From: Bacteroidales bacterium
GTDB taxonomy: Bacteria; Bacteroidota; Bacteroidia; Bacteroidales; P3
NCBI GenBank assembly: GCA_045597845.1
Contig: JAZLKZ010000107.1
Location: 11,374-75,373 of the forward strand
Length of the DNA: 64,000 nt
Direction of reading: 5' to 3'
Within the stretch, counting starts at the first letter, position 1; each line of letters begins with the position of its first letter. This document shows, one piece after another, positions 11,131-20,654 of this stretch. A program made the position numbers and the translations under genes. Under the pieces are notes generated by a model, which did no database searches, was not told the DNA's origin, and was given only the letters and a program-made list of their open reading frames with translations.

Positions 11131-11204
11131 TCGGGGCGAAAAGACTCGAACTTTCGACCCCTTGCACCCCATGCAAGTGCGCTAGCCAACTGCGCCACGC
11201 CCCG
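11131..11204 (-). tRNA. tRNA-Pro (anticodon GGG), CCA not encoded
   Basis: I folded the cloverleaf by hand. Acceptor CGGGGCG/CGCCCCG, D stem GCGC/GCGC, anticodon stem CTTGC/GCAAG with loop AT-GGG-GT, T arm GAAAG-TTCGAGT-CTTTT. Confidence 0.85.
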
Positions 11205-11241
11205 AGTGATTTGCAAGACTTGCGTCCCTTGAAATCGAGTG

Positions 11242-11249
11242 CAAAAGTA
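11242..11249 (-). promoter_or_regulatory. Candidate -7 promoter box (TACTTTTG) for tRNA-Pro
   Basis: A TAnnTTTG match on the minus strand, about 38 nt upstream of the tRNA 5' end. Confidence 0.4.
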
Positions 11250-11421
11250 CTACATTTTTTTTTATTGGCAAAATCTTTTTGACAAAAAATCGAATCCTAT
11301 CCGACAACAGCCTGAAAAGCTTTCCATTACAAAATCAAAAAGATTATTTCCCAAAGGTCTTTCCTGAAAACAAAATCGCTTAATTTTCCAGTAACAATTA
11401 CGAAACCGAGCCAATTAGGCA

Positions 11422-12852
11422 TTAATTATTGTGGAGTTTTACGACAACCTCGCTTTCCCTTGCATCTCGCTGACGCGAACGAGAGTAAGTGGTATTGGTA
11501 CAGTTAATGCGCAGCTCCGGCACGTTAAGAAATTCTTTCAGGGATTCTATTCTGTAATCCGAAAGCATCTTGTCGAGCAGCATGTCGCCAAAGGCGGCGC
11601 TACTCAACGACACGGAAATAGTGACATTGGGATTCATCGACAGGAACTCCGCCAGGCGTCCCATCTCCGACAAGCCTTTGGAAGTGAAATCCGCACTTGA
11701 CGCAGCAAAGACATCCGTATAATTGATGGCGACATCCATAGGCATATCGTCAAGAACAACGTCATGGGTGACATCGGCGAAAAATCTGTCAGACTGATGT
11801 ACGGGAATGACATCCTGCCGATCGAAGCAAGCCTCCGCCGAGAAGCCGATCTGATAGCTACGTCCGGCCTTCAACAGCAGCTGATAGTCTCCCGAAGCAT
11901 CTGTCTCAGTGGACATTCCGTTGCCATTATCGTCGCACCACCTCACTGTTGCATGAGGCAACGGCTTTCCATATTGAGTGGCAACATGTCCATGCAACAA
12001 GGCGCAACGAAGGGCATCGACACAGAGATATAGCGCATCGGTTCCTTTACGGCGAGAGAGCAGGTAAAGCGCATGGTTTTCAAGGTCGGCGGCAAGTTCA
12101 TAATCATCTGCGGATGAATTGATTGGAGATGGCAGTTTCTGAACAGGAGCAAGTCCAATGGTGTTAAGCCTTGCCGTATCGTCGAAAACAACGTCAGACT
12201 TGAAACGCGTAGCATAAAGCGACCAAGCGGAATCGCCGGGCTGACGGTTGCGGGAAGCAAACAGCAAAAAACCATTCACCAAAACAGGAGCCCCCTCATC
12301 CCCTGCAGTATTGACTCGCACACCCATATTACGAGGCCTTCCCCATATATTATTTATGGTATCGAACTCGCTGTACCAAAGATCCTTGCCGCCCATTCCC
12401 ACCAAGTCGGATGTTGCAAAGACCATTATCGACCCATCTTCGGAGAAAACAGGATGTTCTACAGAAAGCGACTGGGCGTCACGCATTTTGACCTTAGAAA
12501 TCTTAGGCGACTTGTCCTCATTTTCAATTCGTTCGTAAAGCGCAGAGCCTTTCTTCGAAGCCGACGTAAAAAACAGGTTTCCCGTTCGTGGATTCCGCAC
12601 CACATAATCAAGGCGATTGTCCAAATTCGACCATACGGTATCGCCCACAACACCAGTCACAGTACCCGAAATGCGAGGCAGGCAAAGATGCAAACCACCG
12701 GAATAGGCATATAACTGGCCATCGACAATGGAAAGGTTGGACACGTTGGCAGGAAAAACCGCCAAGTGCTGAAACGTGACGGACAAAGGCTGCGCCACTA
12801 ATTGCGTACAAGCAAAAAGAACAACCAAGAAGAGAGAAATGCGATGTAGCAT
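11422..12852 (-). CDS. Secreted TolB-like (PD40 repeat) / carboxypeptidase-regulatory-like / OmpA-like C-terminal domain protein
   Basis: Has a signal peptide (LFLVVLFACTQLVAQ), PD40-like repeats (SEDGSIMVFATS..KDLWYSEF, GFLLFASRN), a CarbopepD_reg-like segment (GHVATQYGKPLPHATV..TDASGDYQL) and a degenerate OmpA-like tail. Confidence 0.5.
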   Translation of the reverse strand: MLHRISLFLVVLFACTQLVAQPLSVTFQHLAVFPANVSNLSIVDGQLYAYSGGLHLCLPRISGTVTGVVGDTVWSNLDNRLDYVVRNPRTGNLFFTSASKKGSALYERIENEDKSPKISKVKMRDAQSLSVEHPVFSEDGSIMVFATSDLVGMGGKDLWYSEFDTINNIWGRPRNMGVRVNTAGDEGAPVLVNGFLLFASRNRQPGDSAWSLYATRFKSDVVFDDTARLNTIGLAPVQKLPSPINSSADDYELAADLENHALYLLSRRKGTDALYLCVDALRCALLHGHVATQYGKPLPHATVRWCDDNGNGMSTETDASGDYQLLLKAGRSYQIGFSAEACFDRQDVIPVHQSDRFFADVTHDVVLDDMPMDVAINYTDVFAASSADFTSKGLSEMGRLAEFLSMNPNVTISVSLSSAAFGDMLLDKMLSDYRIESLKEFLNVPELRINCTNTTYSRSRQRDARESEVVVKLHNN

Positions 12853-12912
12853 GGAAAATGAATTACAAGTTTAGCAAAAATCTAATATTGAAAAAAGCCA
12901 GAGACAAACCAG

Positions 12913-15408
12913 TTATTTTTCAAGCAATATAAATGGCAACGCCTCGTGCATTTCATTGATATAGTGAAACGTGAGACCTTTGAGATATTCTGGATTGATG
13001 TCCTCGACGTCGCGACGGTTGTCTTCGCACATCAAAATATCGGTGATGCCGGCGCGCTTGGCGGCGAGGATCTTCTCCTTGATGCCACCCACAGGAGTAA
13101 CGGCGCCGCGGAGCGTGATTTCGCCCGTCATTGCAAAGTCGGCGCGGACCTTGCGATGGGTGAAAGCGGAAACCATTGCGACAAACATCGTGATGCCAGC
13201 CGAAGGGCCATCTTTCGGCGTCGCCCCTTCGGGGACATGGATATGGATGTTGCTCTCCTCTATGGTCTTGAAATCAATACCGAACGTATCGCAATTAGAC
13301 TTAAGGTACTCAAATGCCAAAGTGGCAGATTCCTTCATCACATCGCCCAGATTTCCCGTCATGGTAAGCGTGCCTTTGCCTTTGCTGATAGACGACTCGA
13401 TGAAAAGGATTTCGCCTCCCACCTGAGTCCAGGCAAGACCCGTAACCACGCCCACCTTGGCGTCCTTGCCACGGTGTTCGCTGTTGTGGATAGGGAGGCC
13501 AAGCATGGATTTCAACGACTCGGGAGCGATTTTTTTCTCGAAAGGCTCGCCAGAGGCTTTCTTGACAGCGGCGCAACGCACTATTTTGGCTATGTTCTTT
13601 TCAAGTTGGCGCACGCCACTTTCACGGGTATAGTCATTTATCAAACGCACCAGCAGCTCGTTGGAGAAGGAAAGTTCGGAACGCTTGAAGCCATGTTCCT
13701 TGAGCTGGCGAGGGATAAGATGGCGCTTGGCTATCTCAAGTTTCTCCTCCAAGATATAGCCGCTCACGTCGATTACCTCCATACGGTCGAGCAATGCCGG
13801 CTGGATAGTAGAAAGGCTGTTGGCCGTAGCCACAAAAAGCACCTTGGAGAGGTCGTAGTCCAAATCAAGATAATTGTCGTGGAAAGCGCTGTTCTGCTCA
13901 GGGTCGAGCACCTCAAGCAAAGCCGAAGTTGGGTCGCCGTTGAGGCTGTTGGACTGCACCTTGTCGATTTCGTCAAGGATGAAAACAGGATTGGAAGTCC
14001 CAGCCTTCTTCACACTTTGGATGATACGTCCAGGCATAGCGCCCACATAGGTGCGGCGATGGCCTCGGATTTCCGCCTCATCGTGCAATCCACCCAAAGC
14101 CACACGCACATATTTGCGTTTCATTGCGGCGGCGATGCTCTTGCCCAAAGAGGTCTTGCCCGTGCCCGGAGGACCCACGAGACAGAGTATGGGAGATTTC
14201 ATGTCGTCTTTCAGCGAAAGAACGGCAATGTGTTCCAAAATACGATCCTTCACCTTTTCGATGCCATAATGGTCCTTGTCGAGGGTTTTCTTGGCGTGGT
14301 CGATATTGAGATTGTCTTTTGAATACTCGTTCCAAGGCAACGAAAGCATCAAATCGAGATAGTTAAGCTGTACGGTATAATCGGGCGACTGAGGCTGCGT
14401 ACGTTGGAGTTTCTTGACCTCCTTCTCGAAGCAGTCCTGCACTGCGTCGCTCCAATGTTTCTTAGCAGCGCGCTCCATCAATTCCTCCACATCCTGCTCG
14501 GCAGGAGAGCCTCCCAATTCATCTTGGATGACACGCATCTGCTGGTTAAGGAAATACTCTCTCTGCTGCTTATCCATCTCGCTACGCGTCTTGTCCTGGA
14601 TTTCGTCTCGCACCTTGGCAAACTGCATTTCCTCGTTGAGGAAACCCAGCAGCAAAGTCAGACGGTCTTCGTATCCAGGAGACTCCAGAAGCATCTGTTT
14701 CTCAGCCGATGAAATATCAAGATGAGAGGCGATGAAATTGATGAGAATCTTGTCGCTCCCAATATTCTTGATACTGGAAGATGGATCCGCATTGGAGCCG
14801 TGCGACTTGAGCAAAGCCACATATTGCTTGCGCAAGAGCGACAGGTTCGACTTATATTGCTTGGGATGCTGAATGTCGGCATTTTCTTCAATTGGAGAAA
14901 CCTTGCCCACATAATAGGGCTCGTCGGAAGTGATGGCGTCAAGGCGGAACTTGCGGGTTCCCTGCACCACACCCATCGTAACGCCGTTGGGCAAATCGAA
15001 CACTTTAAGAATGCGCGCCACTACACCAATATTGAACATATCGTCGATGGTCGGGTTGTCGGTATCCGATATCTGCGTCACAACACCAATACGAAGCGAT
15101 TTCTTGTTGGCATAATTGAGCAGATGCACCGATTTCTTTCGGCTCGCAGCAATAGGCAAAATCACGCCGGGGAAAAGCACATTGTCGCGCAATGGCAGAA
15201 TGGGGAGTTCTTCAGGCACCTCGTCGTCGGTGAGCAAGAATTCCTCCTCGTCTTTCGAGATGAGGGGTATAAACTCAGCATGAGCCATGATGCCGTCGGT
15301 CAGATCCTTTTCAAATTGAGTAAAAGGCTTGATCATGAATACAGTATTGTTGTTCGGTTGTTTAGATTCTTCAGAATGACACAAAGGTTTCAATTCTTGG
15401 AAATACAT
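12913..15408 (-). CDS. lon: ATP-dependent endopeptidase La (Lon)
   Basis: Walker A GPPGTGKTSLGKS and the protease motif PKDGPSAG are present. The true start may be ATG 15336 (MIKPFTQFEKD). Confidence 0.95.
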   Translation of the reverse strand: MYFQELKPLCHSEESKQPNNNTVFMIKPFTQFEKDLTDGIMAHAEFIPLISKDEEEFLLTDDEVPEELPILPLRDNVLFPGVILPIAASRKKSVHLLNYANKKSLRIGVVTQISDTDNPTIDDMFNIGVVARILKVFDLPNGVTMGVVQGTRKFRLDAITSDEPYYVGKVSPIEENADIQHPKQYKSNLSLLRKQYVALLKSHGSNADPSSSIKNIGSDKILINFIASHLDISSAEKQMLLESPGYEDRLTLLLGFLNEEMQFAKVRDEIQDKTRSEMDKQQREYFLNQQMRVIQDELGGSPAEQDVEELMERAAKKHWSDAVQDCFEKEVKKLQRTQPQSPDYTVQLNYLDLMLSLPWNEYSKDNLNIDHAKKTLDKDHYGIEKVKDRILEHIAVLSLKDDMKSPILCLVGPPGTGKTSLGKSIAAAMKRKYVRVALGGLHDEAEIRGHRRTYVGAMPGRIIQSVKKAGTSNPVFILDEIDKVQSNSLNGDPTSALLEVLDPEQNSAFHDNYLDLDYDLSKVLFVATANSLSTIQPALLDRMEVIDVSGYILEEKLEIAKRHLIPRQLKEHGFKRSELSFSNELLVRLINDYTRESGVRQLEKNIAKIVRCAAVKKASGEPFEKKIAPESLKSMLGLPIHNSEHRGKDAKVGVVTGLAWTQVGGEILFIESSISKGKGTLTMTGNLGDVMKESATLAFEYLKSNCDTFGIDFKTIEESNIHIHVPEGATPKDGPSAGITMFVAMVSAFTHRKVRADFAMTGEITLRGAVTPVGGIKEKILAAKRAGITDILMCEDNRRDVEDINPEYLKGLTFHYINEMHEALPFILLEK

Positions 15409-15606
15409 AATTTTTACGAAAAGTTGAGCGAAAATGTTACATCAAAAAGCGTGCCAAACATCGAGTCTCGAGCAAAAAAGTACAACAGGCTCCAATCGCT
15501 TCTTCGACGCACGGGGAACTGACAACAAGCAATCAGCAAGAGCAGTGGGAAAACACCAAACTGACACTGAAAAGTTTTGTCATTTCCGCAAATCAGTATT
15601 TTTTTG

Positions 15607-15614
15607 TATCTTTG
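15607..15614 (+). promoter_or_regulatory. Candidate -7 promoter box (TATCTTTG) for the MarR gene
   Basis: A TAnnTTTG match 34 nt upstream of ATG 15648. Confidence 0.45.
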
Positions 15615-15647
15615 CAAAGTTAAATCAATCTACAATCATATTTTCCC

Positions 15648-16094
15648 ATGCTCTTATCCAAAGAAATTGCCGTATATCTGAATCTTGCCGGGTGCAAGCT
15701 CAAGCAATACACCGCTTCGATGCTTCGCCAAGGCAACATCCAGCTCACGCCAGAGCAGTTTCTTTTGATAGACCTTCTTTGGAATCAGGGAGCGATGTCG
15801 CAACAGCAACTGGCCGACATACTTCACAAAGACAAGAACAGCGTCACTAAACTCGTGGACGCATTGGAACGCAAGGAGTTGGTTTCGCGAGAGCGCAGTA
15901 CTTCCGACCGAAGGTCGAATATCATCACGCTCACCGAAAAAGCCGAACAGCTGAAGGAGAAAGCGAAAGAACAAGGCATCTCGGCGTTGGACAAAATGCT
16001 TGACGGCATCAGCGAAGAGGAGCTGCGGCAATTTCTCAACACGCTCAACAAGATGTCCAAGAACATGGAAAACGCAAACAAAAGCCAAGAGTGA
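15648..16094 (+). CDS. MarR-family transcriptional regulator
   Basis: The winged-helix core is present: LTPEQFLLIDLLWNQGAMSQQQLADILHKDKNSVTKLVDALERKELVSRERSTSDRRSNIITLTEKA. Confidence 0.9.
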   Translation: MLLSKEIAVYLNLAGCKLKQYTASMLRQGNIQLTPEQFLLIDLLWNQGAMSQQQLADILHKDKNSVTKLVDALERKELVSRERSTSDRRSNIITLTEKAEQLKEKAKEQGISALDKMLDGISEEELRQFLNTLNKMSKNMENANKSQE

Positions 16095-16120
16095 AACTCC
16101 TGGCTTTTATTCAATAAAAT

Positions 16121-17389
16121 CTAAAACAAAGCGCTCACGCGTTGCACCACGTCCTCGTCGGGAGTATCAGGCGAAAGCACCAAATCTGGTTTTTTCATCA
16201 CTACGCCTTGCCGCTGGGCCTCGATGAGACCGCCACCCGTACAATTCAGCATGATATACTCGTCGCGCTTCACTGCGCCTGACTTTACGGTCTGAGCCAA
16301 AGCCGAGACGGCCACACAAGCGGCGGGCAGCAAGTCGTAGCCTTCCAAATTGCGGAACTGCATCATCCAATATATGATGTCGTTATTGTCGCTCAAGAAG
16401 AAGTCGCCGTGACTCTGCCGCAAAGTATCAAACAACCCTCCAGCGAGGCCATACGGCGGCTTGCGGTTGGAGAGCACCTTGGCAAGAATCACTTCCACCT
16501 TGTGGTGTGCATCTTCGAGTTCGAGCAACTGTCGCGAACCAGCTTTCCAAGAATCATACATTATGGAGAAAGGATCGTTCTGCGCCACAAAGACCTTCAT
16601 GTTGTTTTGGCCCCAGTTTCCATCTTGCTCCAATCGACACGCGTTCTCCCAAGCCGCAATGGCTCCCGTACCAGAGCCCACAGCTTGGAAATAAGCGTCG
16701 GGAATCCGTCCCATCTGCTCGGCGCAGCTCAAGACAGTCGTACCCATTCCATCACGACGTGCAACATTTTTGGCGCCACCCTCCAAAAAGAATCGGGGAT
16801 CCTTCGCAAGCTTCTCACCCAAAGCTATGGCGTCGTAATAATCACAACCATGAGGCACTGCGACCAACTTGACGCAAGAATCCAACGGTTGCGCAAACCA
16901 CAAATCACGCAGGCAATCTTGTGGCACACATATCACAATAGGGATTTTATTGTCGGAGCACACCTGAGCGAAAGCTCTTGCCGTATTGCCAGCCGACTGC
17001 ACAACAAGTATGCGTTTTTCGGCATCGTCCATTCGAGCCAACACAGCATACGCTTCAGTCTCCTTGAACGAGCAGGTGCGCATCTTGGCGCCAATCCGAG
17101 GATTCCATCCCGAAAAAGTAATGTACAGATTTTGCAAACCCAACAATCGAGCCAGACCTTCGGACTTGTAGGACACAGGGGCACAGGAGCCTTTCAGCAA
17201 CCGTTTGATAGGCAGCCAACAAGCATAACGATAAAGTCCTTCAAGGTCTTCTCGGGGCTGGAATTTTCCATATTGCGCTCGAATCAAAGAAGGATTACTG
17301 CTTTGAGGATCAGCGAGCGACCAGCCACTGTCTTCAAACACATGGCCATCGCTCACATTCATGAGATTGTATTTCGTTGGTATAAACAT
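16121..17389 (-). CDS. Threonine-synthase-fold PLP enzyme, cysteate-synthase-like
   Basis: The PLP-lysine context TCSFKETEA differs from the SFKD of canonical threonine synthase. The block GLYRYACWLPI..APVSYKSEGLARLLGLQNLYITFSGWNPRIGAKM resembles what I recall of the cysteate synthase family (TIGR03844). Not verified by a search. Confidence 0.55.
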   Translation of the reverse strand: MFIPTKYNLMNVSDGHVFEDSGWSLADPQSSNPSLIRAQYGKFQPREDLEGLYRYACWLPIKRLLKGSCAPVSYKSEGLARLLGLQNLYITFSGWNPRIGAKMRTCSFKETEAYAVLARMDDAEKRILVVQSAGNTARAFAQVCSDNKIPIVICVPQDCLRDLWFAQPLDSCVKLVAVPHGCDYYDAIALGEKLAKDPRFFLEGGAKNVARRDGMGTTVLSCAEQMGRIPDAYFQAVGSGTGAIAAWENACRLEQDGNWGQNNMKVFVAQNDPFSIMYDSWKAGSRQLLELEDAHHKVEVILAKVLSNRKPPYGLAGGLFDTLRQSHGDFFLSDNNDIIYWMMQFRNLEGYDLLPAACVAVSALAQTVKSGAVKRDEYIMLNCTGGGLIEAQRQGVVMKKPDLVLSPDTPDEDVVQRVSALF

Positions 17390-17445
17390 ATTGTTGAGTT
17401 TTTAGTTTCAGATTTTTCAGAATTTCAGACGATCAGAGTTTTAGA

Positions 17446-19278
17446 TTAGTGACTATGGGAGACATCCTCGATTATCAATTCGTCAACTATCTCGGCCAAA
17501 TCACGAACAGGGCGGTCGGAATAGCGAGAAAAAGTGGTCTTGCACAATGGACAGGCCGTAGCAATGGCTTCAGCCCCACTCTCGGCAAGGTTATCCAAAG
17601 ATGCACGCGTAATCTTTTCTCTCTGGGCAAAATCCAACGACAACGAGCCAAGCGAGCCACCGCAGCATACGCTCATCTCACGATTTTTCTCTGCCTCGCG
17701 AATTTGCGCCACACGATTCAACAATTGCCGAGGTTCCTCATACATGCCACATCCCCTACCCAATTCACATGGATCGTGGAAAACATAGCTAACCTCACTT
17801 TGAATGATTTGAATCTTCTCCGACGCAATAAGATCCAGCATAAAAGGAACATAATGCACCACGCTGATGTCCTTCAAATCGTAATGTTCGAGAAACATCC
17901 TATAACAGATCGGGCAACTTACGAGTAGAACTTTCGCCCCACTATTTTTGATAAGTTCTTGATTCTTTCGAACCAGCTGTTCAGCCTCCTTCATTCGTCC
18001 CGCCGTGTAGAGCGGACGTCCGCAGCATATTCCACCTTCACGATCCATCCACTCATAATCGACGCCGGATTTGCGCAAAATAGATTCCACGCTCTTGCCT
18101 ATCGCAGGTGTCAGTTGAGTCATACAACCTCCAAAATAGAGGACTTTGTCGATTTGTTGATTTGAAGAACTGGTGATTAGCGATTGAGGGAGGTTGGAAA
18201 AATCGGGAGAGAATCCATAATGTCTCCTAGCCCGCTGCATCAAGCGCAATTGAGCGCCATCCACTCCCACTTGGCACACTTCCTTGCATTTCCCGCACAT
18301 AAGACATTTGTCGCTAATCTGCTCGATGCGACGCTCGTTTCCCCTTCGAACCTGCCGGGTAAGATAGACAGTACAATCCTTGAGATTCGCTCTATTGGCA
18401 CTCATTGGACAAGCATCAACACATACACCGCAATTGGGGCAGCTCAACACCTGCACACGGGTAAATCCTTTGCGCGCATCCACCATTTTCAATCCCGCAT
18501 TGCGCATGGGAATCAACAACATCTCTGCGGGGATATGCATATATCGCGTAAACGGAAGCACACACATAAAGACGCACAAAGCAATAGAATAGGCCCACCA
18601 CGTAGGCAGCATGTTCAACTCATTGCCCAAGAACTGACGGAACACCCAGTTTGCAGGGATTGTCAGGAACGAGCCACCGCTGATGTGAGCCGTAAAGCTT
18701 TCGGCCAACAGGCGCAAGGGGAAAATAGCCCACAAAGCATAGAGTCCCACCAAATTCAGGAAAGAAGGTCGCGCCGTACGCCGCATACCGAAGAGTCGAG
18801 AACTCACCCTTTTGACCATTGCCAGCACGATGCCGCTCAGCACCACCAACAAGAAGAAATCCATCAAGAAAAACAGCAGCGAGCCTCGCAATGTCATCTC
18901 ATCTTCGGCCACAAAATAGTTGAAAAAGATAGGATAATAGAACAAATTGATTCGCTTAGGGACAAACAATACGACCTCAAGATGGCCGAGAACAATCAGC
19001 ATAAACCAGCCAAAGGCAATGCTGGAATGCATATATCCCAGAAACCTGTTGCGCTTCCACAATTTCACATGGAACAGACAGTCACAAAAGATATCGCGGA
19101 TGTTCTTCAGCATTGTCTCGGGAGTAATCAAACTCACTGCCAGCTTGCGTCGATCTTTCCACGACAGCTGCTTTATTATCCTAAACAATCCAAATGCGCA
19201 ATAGCCAAGCACAAAAGCCATTCCTACGAGAAATGGGATAACGAACGGATGAAATCCTGATGGAATGCGATCAATCAT
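17446..19278 (-). CDS. Membrane-anchored Fe-S/CCG-domain oxidoreductase (HdrE/DsrM-like membrane domain fused to HdrD/DsrK-like domain)
   Basis: The N-terminal ~270 aa are polytopic with conserved His (GYMHSSIAFGW, TRYMHIPAE). Two ferredoxin motifs follow (CPNCGVCVDACP, CLMCGKCKEVC), then two CCG-type Cys modules (CCGRP..CPICY, CCGGS..CPLCK). Confidence 0.7.
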   Translation of the reverse strand: MIDRIPSGFHPFVIPFLVGMAFVLGYCAFGLFRIIKQLSWKDRRKLAVSLITPETMLKNIRDIFCDCLFHVKLWKRNRFLGYMHSSIAFGWFMLIVLGHLEVVLFVPKRINLFYYPIFFNYFVAEDEMTLRGSLLFFLMDFFLLVVLSGIVLAMVKRVSSRLFGMRRTARPSFLNLVGLYALWAIFPLRLLAESFTAHISGGSFLTIPANWVFRQFLGNELNMLPTWWAYSIALCVFMCVLPFTRYMHIPAEMLLIPMRNAGLKMVDARKGFTRVQVLSCPNCGVCVDACPMSANRANLKDCTVYLTRQVRRGNERRIEQISDKCLMCGKCKEVCQVGVDGAQLRLMQRARRHYGFSPDFSNLPQSLITSSSNQQIDKVLYFGGCMTQLTPAIGKSVESILRKSGVDYEWMDREGGICCGRPLYTAGRMKEAEQLVRKNQELIKNSGAKVLLVSCPICYRMFLEHYDLKDISVVHYVPFMLDLIASEKIQIIQSEVSYVFHDPCELGRGCGMYEEPRQLLNRVAQIREAEKNREMSVCCGGSLGSLSLDFAQREKITRASLDNLAESGAEAIATACPLCKTTFSRYSDRPVRDLAEIVDELIIEDVSHSH

Positions 19279-19314
19279 GGAATAAAGAGTGAGTATCGAT
19301 TAGAAGCACAAAGA

Positions 19315-19629
19315 TTACAAGTTTCGGCAGACTGTCAAAACAAGATTGCGCGTATTGACGCCACGAGGACAAGCCATGGAGCACTTTCCGCACAACATGC
19401 AATTGGACAACATCGTACGGACGTCCTTGCCTCGCTGAAGGGCAAGAATCACCTTACGCACGCTCATACCGCTATATGGCGCCGCCACGCAGCTTGCGCT
19501 ACAAGACCCACAACTCATGCAGATGCGTGCGCTAGGGACCTGACGGCAGACCCGTTCGTACAGTTCTACGTCAACGGAATCCATGTCGATGGTAGCGCTT
19601 TTGCTGATAGTAAAGCCAAAGTCTGTCAT
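19315..19629 (-). CDS. Small 2x[4Fe-4S]-type ferredoxin-domain protein
   Basis: Contains CMSCGSCSASC and CMLCGKCSMACP. Its start overlaps the stop of the upstream gene by 4 nt. Confidence 0.65.
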   Translation of the reverse strand: MTDFGFTISKSATIDMDSVDVELYERVCRQVPSARICMSCGSCSASCVAAPYSGMSVRKVILALQRGKDVRTMLSNCMLCGKCSMACPRGVNTRNLVLTVCRNL

Positions 19630-20654
19630 AGGTTATTGAAATAAGAATGAATACGCAATGCCACGGCACGGGCCTCCGACAGGGTTTCCGGGATGGTTTT
19701 TGCGCCCGTGCATGCACCAGCATAGAAAACGCCATCCTGGTTGGATTCCTGGATATTTGCCAGATTGTCGCGGCTCTTGAAAAATCCATCGTTGCCAACG
19801 TCCAACCTCAACATTTCGGCGACTTTCGGAGTCTGTGGATGGCACACCATGCCTGCCATCAACACAAGCAAGTCGAGACGTATCTTGAGCGGCTTTCCCA
19901 TGAGCGTATCCTCCGCCTTGACGCACAACCTACCTTCAATGTCCTCGCCCACCTCAGACACCCTGCCCCGAATAAAATGCACTCCAAAATCGCGCTGGGC
20001 GTTGATGTAGAAATCCTCGTATTTTTTCCCGAAAAGGCGCAGATCCATATAAAAGCAATAGAGTTCGGAATCAGGAAACAGTTCTTTCATCTCTATGGCC
20101 TGCTTGACAGCCGTCATACAACAGACCTTAGAACATTGATTGTTTCCCGCCTTCAAGTCGCGAGAGCCCACACAATGCACAAAGCCTACGCTTCGCGGCG
20201 ATTCAGGAACACGTGTGTCAACGCGACCATTCATCCATTGCTCCAAGTCGCCATTGGTTATCACGCGGTCGTAAACGCCATAGCCATATTCTTCTTTCTT
20301 TCTGGCGTCGAAAAGGCCAAAACCCGTCGCAACCAGCACAACTCGAGTGGTTACATCAACGCCATTGCTGAGCGAAAGCGTATAGTGAGACCTGCTGAAC
20401 TTCACCGAAACAACGCTGGTGTCCAAGAAAACATTCGTAGAGGCAATGGCTTTTGACAGTCTGCCAATGACATCACGCGCCACCGACATGTCGGGGAACA
20501 ACCTGTGCCATTGAGCCACATGTCCACCAAGAGTGCTTTCTCGCTCCACGATTATCGGATTATAGCCAAGCATCTGCAGTTGATTGGCCGCTTCCATTCC
20601 GGCGATACCGCCACCTATTATGACAACGTTTTGCTTCATATCTTTTAATAACAA
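19626..20654 (-). CDS. Short HdrA-like FAD-dependent oxidoreductase
   Basis: The dinucleotide fold VVIIGGGIAGMEAA is present, with HdrA-type Cys (VHCVGSRD..CSKVCC). Its 342 aa resembles the short sHdrA type rather than methanogen HdrA. Confidence 0.7.
   Translation of the reverse strand: MLLKDMKQNVVIIGGGIAGMEAANQLQMLGYNPIIVERESTLGGHVAQWHRLFPDMSVARDVIGRLSKAIASTNVFLDTSVVSVKFSRSHYTLSLSNGVDVTTRVVLVATGFGLFDARKKEEYGYGVYDRVITNGDLEQWMNGRVDTRVPESPRSVGFVHCVGSRDLKAGNNQCSKVCCMTAVKQAIEMKELFPDSELYCFYMDLRLFGKKYEDFYINAQRDFGVHFIRGRVSEVGEDIEGRLCVKAEDTLMGKPLKIRLDLLVLMAGMVCHPQTPKVAEMLRLDVGNDGFFKSRDNLANIQESNQDGVFYAGACTGAKTIPETLSEARAVALRIHSYFNNL

Noticed and set aside
11019-11216. A 65-aa minus-strand ORF.
   Set aside because: It is fully explained by tRNA-Pro (11131-11204) and its flanks. 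The apparent peptide is a translation of the tRNA.
11100-11421. tRNA-Pro as an integration hotspot with an adjacent mobile element.
   Set aside because: There is no integrase, no direct repeat of the tRNA 3' end, and no compositional shift next to the tRNA. The flanking genes are uvrA and a conserved-looking secreted protein.
12946-14322. A 458-aa plus-strand ORF, and similar long ORFs at 8529-9278, 9282-10088, 16409-17449, 18184-19260, 20771-21733, 23099-24451, 44442-45113, 48556-49239, 54933-55697 and 63059-63727.
   Set aside because: All lie antisense to genes with unmistakable conserved motifs (lon, uvrA, the Hdr-like genes, the AOS enzyme, yebC, htpG and others). Their translations are low-complexity, rich in R/H/L/V, with no recognisable motifs. 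They are shadow ORFs.
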